A DNA stretch of 64,000 bases from an uncultured Holophagae bacterium (GTDB lineage: Bacteria; Acidobacteriota; Thermoanaerobaculia; Thermoanaerobaculales; Sulfomarinibacteraceae): contig CAVQBD010000009.1 in NCBI GenBank assembly GCA_963710645.1, positions 1,551,199-1,615,198 on the forward strand, in the 5' to 3' direction. Every line of letters begins with the position of its first letter. Within the stretch, counting starts at the first letter, position 1. Below, piece after piece: positions 18,859 through 29,738 of the stretch. The translations under genes were made by a program, and so were the position numbers. The notes beneath the pieces are model-generated. The model was given only the letters and a program-made list of their open reading frames with translations, searched no databases and was not told the origin of the DNA.

Positions 18859-20298
18859 ATGAGATTATCCTCCGTTGTTTCGCGATGCGTAATGCTCTCG
18901 CTGATTGTTTTCACCCTGACGTCACCCGCACTGGCCGCGTCGCGGGACGACGATGGGTACCCGAGGCTGATGCAGGGTCCAATGGTGGGGACCGTGACTC
19001 CTACCGAGGCACATATCTGGCTTCGAACCACGGGCGAGTATGTCGTCACCATCGAGTACGGCACCGGCTTCGAACTTCGATCGGCTCTCACCACCGAACC
19101 GGTGACGGCGAGCAAGACTGCGGACTACACGCTGGTGGTGACGATCCCAGATCTCCAACCCGCCACCGAGTACTTCTACCGCGTACTGGTCGACGGCCAG
19201 GGCGACAAATATCTCGAGGAATATCCGCCGTTCCGATTCAAGACCGCACCGGCCCCGGGAACCAGCGCCAGCTTCAGGGTCGGCTTCGGTTCCTGTCCCA
19301 AATACCAGGATGACCGGATGCAGCCGATCTGGCCGGTCATCTCGGGATTCGAACCGGATCTGTTTTTCTGGATTGGGGACAACATCTACGGCGACACCCT
19401 CGACCCGGACATCCTGCGTGAGGAGTACCGCCGCCAGCGCGATGTCCCCGGGTTGCAACCCCTGCTGCACAACACCTCGCACCTCGCCGTCTGGGATGAT
19501 CATGATTTCGCGCTCAACAACCACGATCGAACCAACCCCATCAAGGACCGGGCGCTCGAGGTGTTCAAGGACTACTGGGCCAACCCTGCCTACGGACTGC
19601 CCGATGTACCGGGTGTGTTCTACAGCTACAGCTTCGGCGACGTTGATTTCTTTTTCATCGACGATCGCTATTACCGGGATCCCAACTCGGATCCGGACAC
19701 CCCGGAGAAGACCATGTTGGGACCCGCCCAGTTTGACTGGCTGCTCGAGCGGTTGTCGGCGAGCACAGCGGTCTTCAAGGTGATCGTATCGGGAAGCGGC
19801 TTCAGCAAGGCCAAGGGCGAGGGCGGCGACTCGTGGGCCGCGTTTCTCAACGAACGGAACAGGCTTTTTGACTTCATTCGGGACGAGGAGATCAGCGGCG
19901 TGGTCCTGCTGACGGGCGACTCCCACGTGGGCGAACTCAACGTGATTCCGTGGTCGGAGCGGGGCGGCTACGATCTCTACGATCTCGTGAGTTCGCCACT
20001 GGCCCAGCGCAACCCGGATTCATGGCTGCACCGGAGACCCGAGCGGCGCATCCGTCCGGTGTACTTCAGGGGAAGCAGTGTCGGCGTGGTGGACTTTCTG
20101 CTCGATGATCCGCCACGCTTGATGTACCGCATCATCGACATCCACGGCCGCAACGTCTGGGAGCCATTCGTTGTGCGGGCGGACGAGCTGGTCAACGGCG
20201 TGACATCCTGGCCCGATAAGGTCCACAGCGATTCCAGACAACGCCAGGAGAACTACGATGCTGGCAAGGGCTATTACGAGATCGAGGCGGAGGACTAG
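18859..20298 (+). CDS. phoD: PhoD-family alkaline phosphatase/phosphodiesterase, secreted
   Basis: 479 aa. Signal peptide. FWIGDNIYGD, AVWDDHDF and LLTGDSHVGE metallophosphatase blocks typical of PhoD. Confidence 0.85.
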   Translation: MRLSSVVSRCVMLSLIVFTLTSPALAASRDDDGYPRLMQGPMVGTVTPTEAHIWLRTTGEYVVTIEYGTGFELRSALTTEPVTASKTADYTLVVTIPDLQPATEYFYRVLVDGQGDKYLEEYPPFRFKTAPAPGTSASFRVGFGSCPKYQDDRMQPIWPVISGFEPDLFFWIGDNIYGDTLDPDILREEYRRQRDVPGLQPLLHNTSHLAVWDDHDFALNNHDRTNPIKDRALEVFKDYWANPAYGLPDVPGVFYSYSFGDVDFFFIDDRYYRDPNSDPDTPEKTMLGPAQFDWLLERLSASTAVFKVIVSGSGFSKAKGEGGDSWAAFLNERNRLFDFIRDEEISGVVLLTGDSHVGELNVIPWSERGGYDLYDLVSSPLAQRNPDSWLHRRPERRIRPVYFRGSSVGVVDFLLDDPPRLMYRIIDIHGRNVWEPFVVRADELVNGVTSWPDKVHSDSRQRQENYDAGKGYYEIEAED

Positions 20299-20301
20299 CC
20301 G

Positions 20302-21504
20302 GTGACAAACAATTGCCATTGCCGTGGGTTTCGCGGCTCCTTTGCTGGTTCACTCGTCGTTCATCTGACGGTGCTGACGCTCGTCCTCATGGCAGGCGGG
20401 CTGGGCGCTGAAGCGGCGGAATCTCCGGACGGGGAACTGGTCTTCATCGTTGCCGCGGACATGAGGAACTTCGCCGCGGACGGTGTGTGGTCAAAGAATT
20501 TCTCGGGCGCGTGCGAGGCGGTGAAAAAGGTCGGTGCGGGTTCCTTCATGGTCAGTCCGGGTGACCTCGATGTGGATCCGCCGTCGGCGGTCAGGGACAT
20601 GGTGAGTACGGTCCTCGGCGACGACTATCCGTGGTACCCCATCCTCGGCAACCACGACCCCGAGTCTCCTTCCACCATGAAGTACCTGCGCGAGTACAGC
20701 CAGAGTGTGCCCAACGTGGTGAATCGGGGGCCAAAGGGTTGTGAGGCCACCACCTATTCCTTTGACTGGTCGAACGTCCACTTCGTGGTGCTCAATCAGT
20801 ATTTCGACGGCGTCAAGGACTGGGGTGTCGAGGGTGACGTGGTTCCCGATCTATTGGAGTGGCTCGAGGCGGATCTGGCCGCCAACACAAAGGACCGCGT
20901 CTTTGTCCTCGGACACGAGCCGCTGATCGTCATGCCCGACATGGACAACGGGCGGATCCGCCACCAGGGCAACTCCCTCGACGAGCACCCGGAGAACATG
21001 TTCCAGTTCCTCAAGTTATTGAAGGAGTACGAAGTTGTGGCCTATATCTGCGGTCACACCCACAACACCTCCTATTCGAACATCAACGGCGTGTGGCAGC
21101 TCGATGCAGGTCACGCCCGGGGCCTCGAGGAGGCCTCTTACGCCGACCGAATGTACGCCGCCATCTCCGCAGCGATCGAGACCGGACGGGCCCATGGCGT
21201 CGGCGAGGCGGAGTCCATCAGGCAACTGTATAGAGACGACGCCTATCACGTGGACTATTGGTTCAAATACCTGGGGCTGGCGGGCCAACCTGTGGTTCAA
21301 ACCATGGCCCAGTTCTACGACGAGTACGGTACCGACCCCGGTGCACGAGACCGGTACTACGAAGCTCAGATCAAGGGCCGGGGCCAGACCCCAAGCACGT
21401 TTTTGAAAGTCACGGTGGGCGCGGCGAAGGTCACGGTGGATTTTTATCGCGACGACGCACATGGCGGGCCATACACTCTGCGAGAGACCCTCATTCTGGA
21501 TTGA
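20302..21504 (+). CDS. Calcineurin-like metallophosphoesterase, secreted
   Basis: 400 aa, GTG start. Signal/TM segment. SPGDLD, GNHD, VLGHEP and CGHTHN motifs. Confidence 0.8.
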   Translation: MTNNCHCRGFRGSFAGSLVVHLTVLTLVLMAGGLGAEAAESPDGELVFIVAADMRNFAADGVWSKNFSGACEAVKKVGAGSFMVSPGDLDVDPPSAVRDMVSTVLGDDYPWYPILGNHDPESPSTMKYLREYSQSVPNVVNRGPKGCEATTYSFDWSNVHFVVLNQYFDGVKDWGVEGDVVPDLLEWLEADLAANTKDRVFVLGHEPLIVMPDMDNGRIRHQGNSLDEHPENMFQFLKLLKEYEVVAYICGHTHNTSYSNINGVWQLDAGHARGLEEASYADRMYAAISAAIETGRAHGVGEAESIRQLYRDDAYHVDYWFKYLGLAGQPVVQTMAQFYDEYGTDPGARDRYYEAQIKGRGQTPSTFLKVTVGAAKVTVDFYRDDAHGGPYTLRETLILD

Positions 21505-23604
21505 GTGAATCCGTACGACGGGTATGTGATGGTAGACACCGACACGAATCAAGCGCTGATCAGGTTCGGGCGAGTGGCGTTGATCGTGACGGTGTTCATA
21601 TTTCTCAGCCCAATTCTCGCCGTCGCGATGGAGCTCGAAGGCGTGCGTCTCAGCTCGAAACCGACGATCGATGGCGTTGTGGACGAGGCTGTGTGGTCAG
21701 AGGCGGCGGTTGCCGAGGGATTCGTTCAGTTTGTGCCCAAGTTCGGACAACCCTCTCCATATCGAACGGTGGTCCTCGTGGGCTCCACCGAGGATGCCCT
21801 GTACGTCGCCTTCAAGTGCTTCGATCCCGAGTCGAAGGACATCTCCGCCGCGGTGACGTCTCGTGATGGTTCCCTAGAAAATGATGACTCTGTCGCCCTC
21901 CTCCTCGATACCTTCCACGACCAGCGGAGGGCCTACTACTTCATCACCAACACCCTCGGGGTTCAGGGGGATGGCAAGGTGGCCGACAACGGTCGGGTGG
22001 TGGAGAACGAGTGGGATGGGACGTGGGAGTGCGCCTCCAGCAGATCGGCGGACGGCTGGACGAGCGAGTTCGCGATTCCATTCAGGATGCTCCGCTTCAG
22101 CGGTGGTGAAGACACTACCTGGGGCATTAATTTTCACAGATACGTCCCCCGCCGGCTCGAGACATCGGTGTGGTCGGGTCCCGGGGAGTCGGAGTGGCGG
22201 GTCTCGAGTTTCGGGCAACTGACGGGGCTCGATCTTCGAACCACGGAAGCCAAGAAGTACGCCATCATCCCTTACGGGCTTGCGGTGGTGGAGAAGGGCC
22301 AGGAGCCCCATTACGAGGCGGGGGTAGATCTCAGGTTTCGGATTGCCCAGGGGCTGAGCGCCGATCTGACGTTGAATCCCGACTTCGCCCTCGTGGAAGC
22401 CGATGTGGAGCAGATCAACCTCACCAGATACGAGCTCTTTGTTCCGGAAAAAAGACCCTTCTTCCTTGAAGGCAACGAGATGTTCGATCAGCGGATCCGT
22501 CAGTTCTACAGCCGGCGGATCGGCGACATCGATTGGGGCGGCAAGCTCACCGGCAATGTGTTGGGCTTCGACGTGGCCGCCATCGCCTCGGTGGCCGATC
22601 TCCATCCGGATGAAGATCTCGAAAACGTGGACGATTCGGCGGACTACGCCGTGGTGCGTCTCCAGCGGGGGATTTTCGGCGGCTCGACGGTGGGGCTACT
22701 GGCGGCGAACCGTAGCGTCGGCTCGGACCGAGCCGGGTCCTTTGGCCTGGACACGACCCTCTTCTTCACCGAAACCATCGGCATGACAGCCCAATTTCTC
22801 CGCTCCCACGGGCCCGAGCACGACGGTGCCCAGGGTTGGTTTCTGAGACCGGCATATGACTCGGCCAACTCCCATTTTCACATCAGGTACACCAACCTCG
22901 ATGTGGGTCTCAAGGACAACGTCAACGCGATCGGTTTTTTGGAGGACGACGACCGCAAGGAGTTCGACACCGAAGTCAAACACATTTTTTGGTTCGAGAG
23001 CAGTGCGTTTGAGAGGCTCGAGGGCAAGATCAACTACAACCGCTTCTGGAGTCAGGACGGGATCCTGAGGAGCTGGGAGCTGGAATCCGATGTGGAGATC
23101 GTATTCACGAACTTCTGGCAGGTCGAGCTTTCCTACGTGGATGCCTACGAGCTCTTTGAAAAGGAGTACCGTAACTCAATCACTAGCCTGCAGGTGGGCT
23201 GGGACAACCGGGCCGGCAAGTTCTTTGCCGTCGAGGTGGGGACCGGAAAGAACTTCGACTCGGATCTGAGGCTGGCGACCCTCGAGACGGGGCTCATCCT
23301 GTTCAGCGCGCTGGATCTGTCATACGAGGCCACCTGGCTCGATCTCGACCCGGACCCGGAGAACGAGAGCACGTGGATCCATGTCTTCCGGGTGAACTAC
23401 CACTTCACGAACGACCTCTATGTCAATCTCTTCTGGCAGACAAACTCGGTCATCCAGAAGGAGAACATCCAACTCCTCGCCGTGTGGCGATTCATGCCTC
23501 CGTTCGGGTCGCTCCAGGTGGCATATCAGCGCGGGACCTCGGAGATCGGGACCCCGTCGGATCAGGGAGACTCGCTCTTCACGAAGTTGCAGTGGGTGTT
23601 CTGA
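21505..23604 (+). CDS. DUF5916 / carbohydrate-binding-family-9-like outer-membrane-associated protein
   Basis: 699 aa. The start is uncertain: GTG at 21505 or ATG at 21529. N-terminal KPTIDGVVDEAVWSEA...FVQFVPKFGQP is typical of CBM9-like/DUF5916 proteins. The C-terminal part is beta-rich and ends in F. Confidence 0.6.
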   Translation: MNPYDGYVMVDTDTNQALIRFGRVALIVTVFIFLSPILAVAMELEGVRLSSKPTIDGVVDEAVWSEAAVAEGFVQFVPKFGQPSPYRTVVLVGSTEDALYVAFKCFDPESKDISAAVTSRDGSLENDDSVALLLDTFHDQRRAYYFITNTLGVQGDGKVADNGRVVENEWDGTWECASSRSADGWTSEFAIPFRMLRFSGGEDTTWGINFHRYVPRRLETSVWSGPGESEWRVSSFGQLTGLDLRTTEAKKYAIIPYGLAVVEKGQEPHYEAGVDLRFRIAQGLSADLTLNPDFALVEADVEQINLTRYELFVPEKRPFFLEGNEMFDQRIRQFYSRRIGDIDWGGKLTGNVLGFDVAAIASVADLHPDEDLENVDDSADYAVVRLQRGIFGGSTVGLLAANRSVGSDRAGSFGLDTTLFFTETIGMTAQFLRSHGPEHDGAQGWFLRPAYDSANSHFHIRYTNLDVGLKDNVNAIGFLEDDDRKEFDTEVKHIFWFESSAFERLEGKINYNRFWSQDGILRSWELESDVEIVFTNFWQVELSYVDAYELFEKEYRNSITSLQVGWDNRAGKFFAVEVGTGKNFDSDLRLATLETGLILFSALDLSYEATWLDLDPDPENESTWIHVFRVNYHFTNDLYVNLFWQTNSVIQKENIQLLAVWRFMPPFGSLQVAYQRGTSEIGTPSDQGDSLFTKLQWVF

Positions 23605-23635
23605 CCCCCGGACAATTTGGTGACCCCAATCGATC

Positions 23636-24421
23636 TCAGATCGTCATCGCCGTGAAACCGCCGTCCACCCGGATGACGGTGCCGGTGACAAAGGACGAGG
23701 CCTTTTCAGATGCGAGCCACACCACCGCGCCGGCAAGCTCCTCGGGCTCGCCAAATCTTCCCATGGGGGTGTGGCCCATGATGGACGCCACCCGCTCCTC
23801 GGTGAGGATCTTGCGGTTTTGTTCGGCGGGGAAGAACCCGGGTGCCACGGCGTTGACCCGCACGCCATGGGGCGCCCACTCGCGGGCCAGGAATTGGGTG
23901 AGGTTGTTGACCCCGGCCTTGGTGATGGAGTAGGTGTAGACCTTGCTCAGCGGCGGCCCGGACGAGGCCGACGAGATGTTGATCACCGAGCCGCCGTCGC
24001 CCTGGTCGACCATCCGGCCGCCGAAGATCTGACACGCAAGATGCATGCTGGTGAGATTGACCCGTAGGATCCGCTCCCATTCATCAAGAGTGATGTCGAA
24101 GAATGGGGTGGCCGAATTGATCCCCGGAGCGTTGAGCAGGATGTCCACCCGGCCCCACTCCGACACCACCTGGTCGCAGGCGCGGCGAAGATCGATCTCG
24201 CTTGTGGCGTCCACCTGGAGGTCGATGGCATCGGTGCCGTTGGCGTCGCGGATGCTCCTGGCTCGCTCCTCGGCCGCGCCGGCATCCAGGTCCAGCACCG
24301 CGACTTTGGCCCCTGCTTTTCCGAGGGCCTCAGCCATGGCCCCGCCCAGAACTCCGCCCGAGCCGATGGTCACCGCCACCTTGCCAACAAGTGAGAACAT
24401 TTCACTGATGTACATGCTCAT
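23636..24421 (-). CDS. Short-chain dehydrogenase/reductase (SDR)
   Basis: Track ORF 23636..24592 trimmed to the ATG at 24421, which has GGGAG 6 nt upstream. TIGSGGVLGG cofactor motif, YSITKAG catalytic YxxxK. Confidence 0.85.
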   Translation of the reverse strand: MSMYISEMFSLVGKVAVTIGSGGVLGGAMAEALGKAGAKVAVLDLDAGAAEERARSIRDANGTDAIDLQVDATSEIDLRRACDQVVSEWGRVDILLNAPGINSATPFFDITLDEWERILRVNLTSMHLACQIFGGRMVDQGDGGSVINISSASSGPPLSKVYTYSITKAGVNNLTQFLAREWAPHGVRVNAVAPGFFPAEQNRKILTEERVASIMGHTPMGRFGEPEELAGAVVWLASEKASSFVTGTVIRVDGGFTAMTI

Positions 24422-24666
24422 GGTTGACTCCCGGCCCGATCCATTGAACGTTGAAAGGGATGATGGCCCTGGTGGGTCCCGCTGACCTTGTCCCAGGGCG
24501 TGATCGCTCAACCATTCTAGGGCAAGGTCGGGCATACCAGAAGGGCTGCCCTCGGGGAGATGACCAACCACTCCGGTCATTTCTAGATTCATTGTGATGA
24601 ATGCCGAGAAACGGAGCCGGGAAGACCTATTATGGACCGGTGAAATCGACAGCGTTGGACGGGAAC

Positions 24667-26174
<1,508 letters not shown>

Positions 26175-26178
<4 letters not shown>

Positions 26179-27734
26179 GACGGAAGAGAGCACTCGAGGC
26201 GATCGAGGACTTCAATGGTTTCTGGGATTTGGTCATTGTCGGGGGCGGTGCCACCGGGCTTGGTGCGGCGGTGGATGCATCGGCCCGTGGCTACAAGACC
26301 CTACTGCTGGAGCAGCACGACTTTTCCAAGGGCACGTCCAGCCGGAGCACGAAACTGGTTCACGGCGGTGTTCGGTATTTGCGGCAGGGCAATGTGTCGC
26401 TGGTATTGGAGGCGCTCCACGAACGAGGGCTGCTGGCGCAGAACGCACCTCATCTGGTGCGCAATCAGTCATTCATCGTTCCCATTTACGACTGGTGGGA
26501 GGGGCCCTTCTACGGGATCGGGCTCAAGGTCTACGACAAGCTGGCGGGCCGTCTCGGTATCAAACCCTCCGAGGGGCTGTCGCGGGAGGAGACGCTGAAG
26601 AGGATTCCGAACCTCGAGCCCGAGGGTCTGCGTGGCGGAGTGCTCTACTACGACGGCCAGTTCGACGACTCGAGACTGGCAATCGATCTCGCCCGCACTG
26701 CGGTCCGACACGGCGGAACCGTCATCAACTACATGCGGGTCGAAGGACTGCTCAAGATCGGCGGCATGGTGTCGGGGGTCCGCGCCCGGGACCTGGAGAC
26801 GGGCAAGGAGCTTGTGATCAACGCACGGGTGGTGGTCAACGCCACCGGGGTCTTCACCGATCAGGTCCGGGTCATGGATGATCCACAGAGCCGGCCCATG
26901 GTCACCCCGAGCCAGGGCACCCATCTCGTGCTGGCCAGGGATTTCCTGCCGGGAAATGTGGCCATCATGGTGCCCCAGACCACCGACGGTCGGGTCCTCT
27001 TCGCGGTGCCGTGGCACGATAGGGTTGTGGTCGGCACCACCGACGTGGAGGTTGACGAGCCGACGCTGGAGCCGCGGGCCCTTCCCGAGGAAGTGGACTT
27101 CATCCTCGAAAATGCCTCGAGCTACATGGCCAAGGACCCGCAACGCTCCGATGTGCTGAGCGTGTTCGCCGGCCTTCGGCCGCTGGTGACGGCTGACGAC
27201 GATGAAGAGACTTCGAAGATCTCCCGCGACCACACGGTGGTGGTCTCCGAATCGGGTCTGGTGACAATCACCGGCGGCAAGTGGACCACCTACCGGAAGA
27301 TGGCCCAGGACGTCGTGGACCAGGCGGCCATGGTGGCCGGGCTGGTTCCCCATCCCTGTCCCACCGAGACCCTACGTATTCACAGCTGGCTCAAACATGT
27401 GGATCCCTCGGATCCTCTCCACGTCTATGGCTCGGATGCCCCGGCGCTGCGCAAACTCGTTCAAAAGGACCGCAAGTTGGGCGAGCCGCTCGACGAACGG
27501 CTGCCGGTGATTGGAGCGCAGGTGGTGTGGGCGGTGGAAAAGGAGATGGGTCGAACCGTGGAGGACGTGCTCGCCCGGCGGACTCGCGCCCTGCTGCTGG
27601 ACGCGCGGGCCAGCGTCGCGGTGGCGCCACAGGTGGCCAAGCTCATGGCACGCTGGCTGCGCAAGGGCCGGAAATGGCAGGCCGAGCAGGTTGAGGCCTA
27701 CACCGCCGTCGCCAGTGGTTATATCTTGGACTGA
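26175..27734 (+). CDS. glpD: FAD-dependent glycerol-3-phosphate dehydrogenase
   Basis: 519 aa. [21 protein letters not shown] motif and [22 protein letters not shown] overlap with glpK. Confidence 0.9.
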
Positions 27735-27740
27735 CAAAAA

Positions 27741-27855
27741 GTGAATAGTAAATAGTGAATAGTGAATAGTAAATAGACCGAGTTGGGGTCCCCACGCCCT
27801 TGCCGGACGGGAGGGGGCATATTCACTATTCACTATTTACTATTCACTTATTACT
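27741..27855. repeat. Pair of inverted heptamer arrays (GTGAATA/GTAAATA x5 and its complement x5) forming a perfect 27-bp inverted repeat
   Basis: 27741-27767 is the exact reverse complement of 27821-27847, checked base by base, with a 53-nt spacer. It lies between the convergent glpD and peroxiredoxin genes. The right arm contains the peroxiredoxin stop codon. Confidence 0.9.
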
Positions 27856-28461
27856 TGAGCTGCGCGACACCCCCAGCGACGCGAGCCGCTGGGCGATTTG
27901 GGTCCCGTGGGAGCCCGCGTCCACCTCGGTGATGATGTCCAAGATGGTGCCGTCGACGCCGATGATGAAGGTCCACCGCTCCGGGTACGACCGACCTTCG
28001 TGGACCACCCCGTAGGCCTTGGCAGTCTTTTTGTCCGGGTCGCTCAAGACCGGGTAGTCCAGATCGAGGGTCTTGGCGAACCGTCTATTAGTCTCGGGCG
28101 AGTCGCAACTGGCGGCGAAAAGGGCGATATCAAAGGCATCGAGGCCCGATCCGTCGGAGGTGGGGAGTTCGATTGCCTTGCCGCTTTCGAGTTCGACCAT
28201 CTGCGCATGGGTTCGTCCGCTGGCACGCAGCGAATCGCACTCGCTGGTTCAGCCGCCGGTGAAGGCCTTGGGGAACCAGGCGAGGACGACCACCTGCTTG
28301 TCGTGCAAGTCGTCGAGCGTGTGAGTCTCGCCGTCGCTGCCGGGAAGCTCGAAGGCGGGCGCTGGGTCGCCGATTCCCAGGGCGGGTGGGCCGGCAACCA
28401 CCGTGAGAGAGGCGCAGGTCATTGCGATACCCAAGACACAGATCGAAGGGAACGGTTTCAT
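27844..28461 (-). CDS. Secreted AhpC/TSA (BCP-like) peroxiredoxin with in-frame TGA at the peroxidatic Cys position: candidate selenoprotein, or alternatively a nonsense pseudogene
   Basis: Track ORFs 28249..28461 and 27844..28200 are in the same frame (offset 261 nt), separated only by the TGA at 28249-28251. Read-through gives ...VVVLAWFPKAFTGG-U-TSECDSLRA..., matching the Prx motif FxPxxFTxxC-T.E. Signal peptide at the N-terminus. Confidence 0.6.
28228..28246 (-). promoter_or_regulatory. Candidate bacterial SECIS-like hairpin just 3' of the in-frame UGA
   Basis: The mRNA reads UGA AC-CAGCGA-GUGCGAU-UCGCUG: a 6-bp stem (7 with G-U) and a loop starting GU. A second possible hairpin, CUGCG...CGCAG, lies 22-51 nt after the UGA. 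Neither was evaluated with a model. Confidence 0.3.
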
Positions 28462-28509
28462 CAGATACCTCTCTCTGGGTGGGCCTCGAGATTGGTCACC
28501 CGGGGCACA

Positions 28510-29505
28510 CTATTCGATGTGCTCGAGCAGGGAACGAGCCGTCGGGGCATCGGGACTGTCAGGGTCGAGCTCGAGGAACGCGCTGAAAGCCTCCTTCGCA
28601 CATTGGGTGTCAACGAGCTTGTTGCAGGTCAGACCGAGCTGGAACTTGGCCGGCGCCAGGTCCGGTTGCCGTTCCAGGATCACTTCGAGGAGCGCCCTGG
28701 ATTGCGCGTACCTGTTGTGGTCAAACAACGCCACCGAGTGCGTCAGGAGTTCGCTCGAGACCATCTCGGGCTTGACATCGGCGAGTCGCTGCGCCCACTT
28801 CACCATCCCTTCGGTGTTCCCCATCATCAATTCGGCGTAGTAGGCGGTGCCCAAAGCCTCCTCATTGTCGGGCTCGAATTCGAGCAGTTTCTCAGCCGCG
28901 TCGGCTGCGATCGCGTACTCGTCCTGAGCGATGGCCGCTGCAGCGATCGCGCGGTAGGCCTCGGGAAAATCAGGGTCGAGCTTGGAGGCCTCCTGGAACA
29001 TTGACAGTGCGATGAGGTAGTTCTCGGCCTGGAGAGCTCCAACCCCCTCGTTGAAGACTGATATGGCCTCCATGCGTTGGGCATTCGCCTGCAGTTCGGC
29101 GTCATCGACCGCCGCAGCGGTGGTGGCGGGATCTTCCGCAATCGTCGATTCATCCAGCGTAGGGAGGGTGAAAATAACCCTCGCTGGATCATTGGGGTCG
29201 GGATGGAACGTCGCCTCGGCGGTAGCGTACCCCTCCAGCGCCGCGGTGATTGTGTAGGTTTGATTCCAGTCAGGCACCCGCAGTTTGAAGGTGCCGTTCT
29301 TTTTTGTGGTGGTGGTGGGCTGGGGTCCGGCCGCCTGTGCGACCGCGGTGATGACTGCTCCGGCGAGAGGCTCGCCACTCATGTCCACGACCTCGCCTTG
29401 TATGGTGGTCGGCCCACCAGCGAAGGTGACGCTGGTCATCGTCGCCAGTGTGAGAACAAGAACAGCTGCCTCAAGAACAGTCGATATCTTATGAAGGTGT
29501 TTCAC
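28510..29505 (-). CDS. Secreted protein with carboxypeptidase-regulatory-like N-domain and TPR repeats
   Basis: 331 aa. Signal peptide. IQGEVVDMSGEPLAGAVITA...TFKLRVPDW (CarbopepD_reg-like). The C-terminal half has TPR-like AxxYxxAL repeats. Confidence 0.65.
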   Translation of the reverse strand: MKHLHKISTVLEAAVLVLTLATMTSVTFAGGPTTIQGEVVDMSGEPLAGAVITAVAQAAGPQPTTTTKKNGTFKLRVPDWNQTYTITAALEGYATAEATFHPDPNDPARVIFTLPTLDESTIAEDPATTAAAVDDAELQANAQRMEAISVFNEGVGALQAENYLIALSMFQEASKLDPDFPEAYRAIAAAAIAQDEYAIAADAAEKLLEFEPDNEEALGTAYYAELMMGNTEGMVKWAQRLADVKPEMVSSELLTHSVALFDHNRYAQSRALLEVILERQPDLAPAKFQLGLTCNKLVDTQCAKEAFSAFLELDPDSPDAPTARSLLEHIE

Positions 29506-29597
29506 TGCAAGCCCCCAGAGATTTCAGAATTCGTGACAGCGGCAGAAACCAGGTTCAACCCGCCCCGCCGTGAATCTGGCGAGCACTATACCGTGTT

Positions 29598-29674
29598 CGG
29601 GACTCGGGACTCGGGACTCGGATGAAGCAGCCGCTCGTGCGCTCCGATCAACCGAATCCCGAGCCCTGAGCCCC
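29598..29674. repeat. Inverted heptamer arrays: CGGGACT x3.5 (29598-29622) and CCGAATC CCGAGCC CTGAGCC CC (29652-29674)
   Basis: Read directly. The two arms are about 19/23 complementary, including a G-U-compatible position. Confidence 0.75.
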
Positions 29675-29738
29675 GTTGGCTTCAGGACCCCAAGACCTCA
29701 AGACCATGGTGCGGGTGGGGGGCCGTGATCCCCGGTGC

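Noticed and set aside
27844-28461. Treating the split peroxiredoxin simply as two separate small genes (70 aa and 118 aa).
   Set aside because: - Both pieces are in one frame.
- Together they reconstitute a single AhpC/TSA fold, with the TGA at the catalytic Cys column.
- The second piece's ATG has no independent RBS that I could see.
- The nonsense-pseudogene alternative is retained as a caveat rather than rejected.
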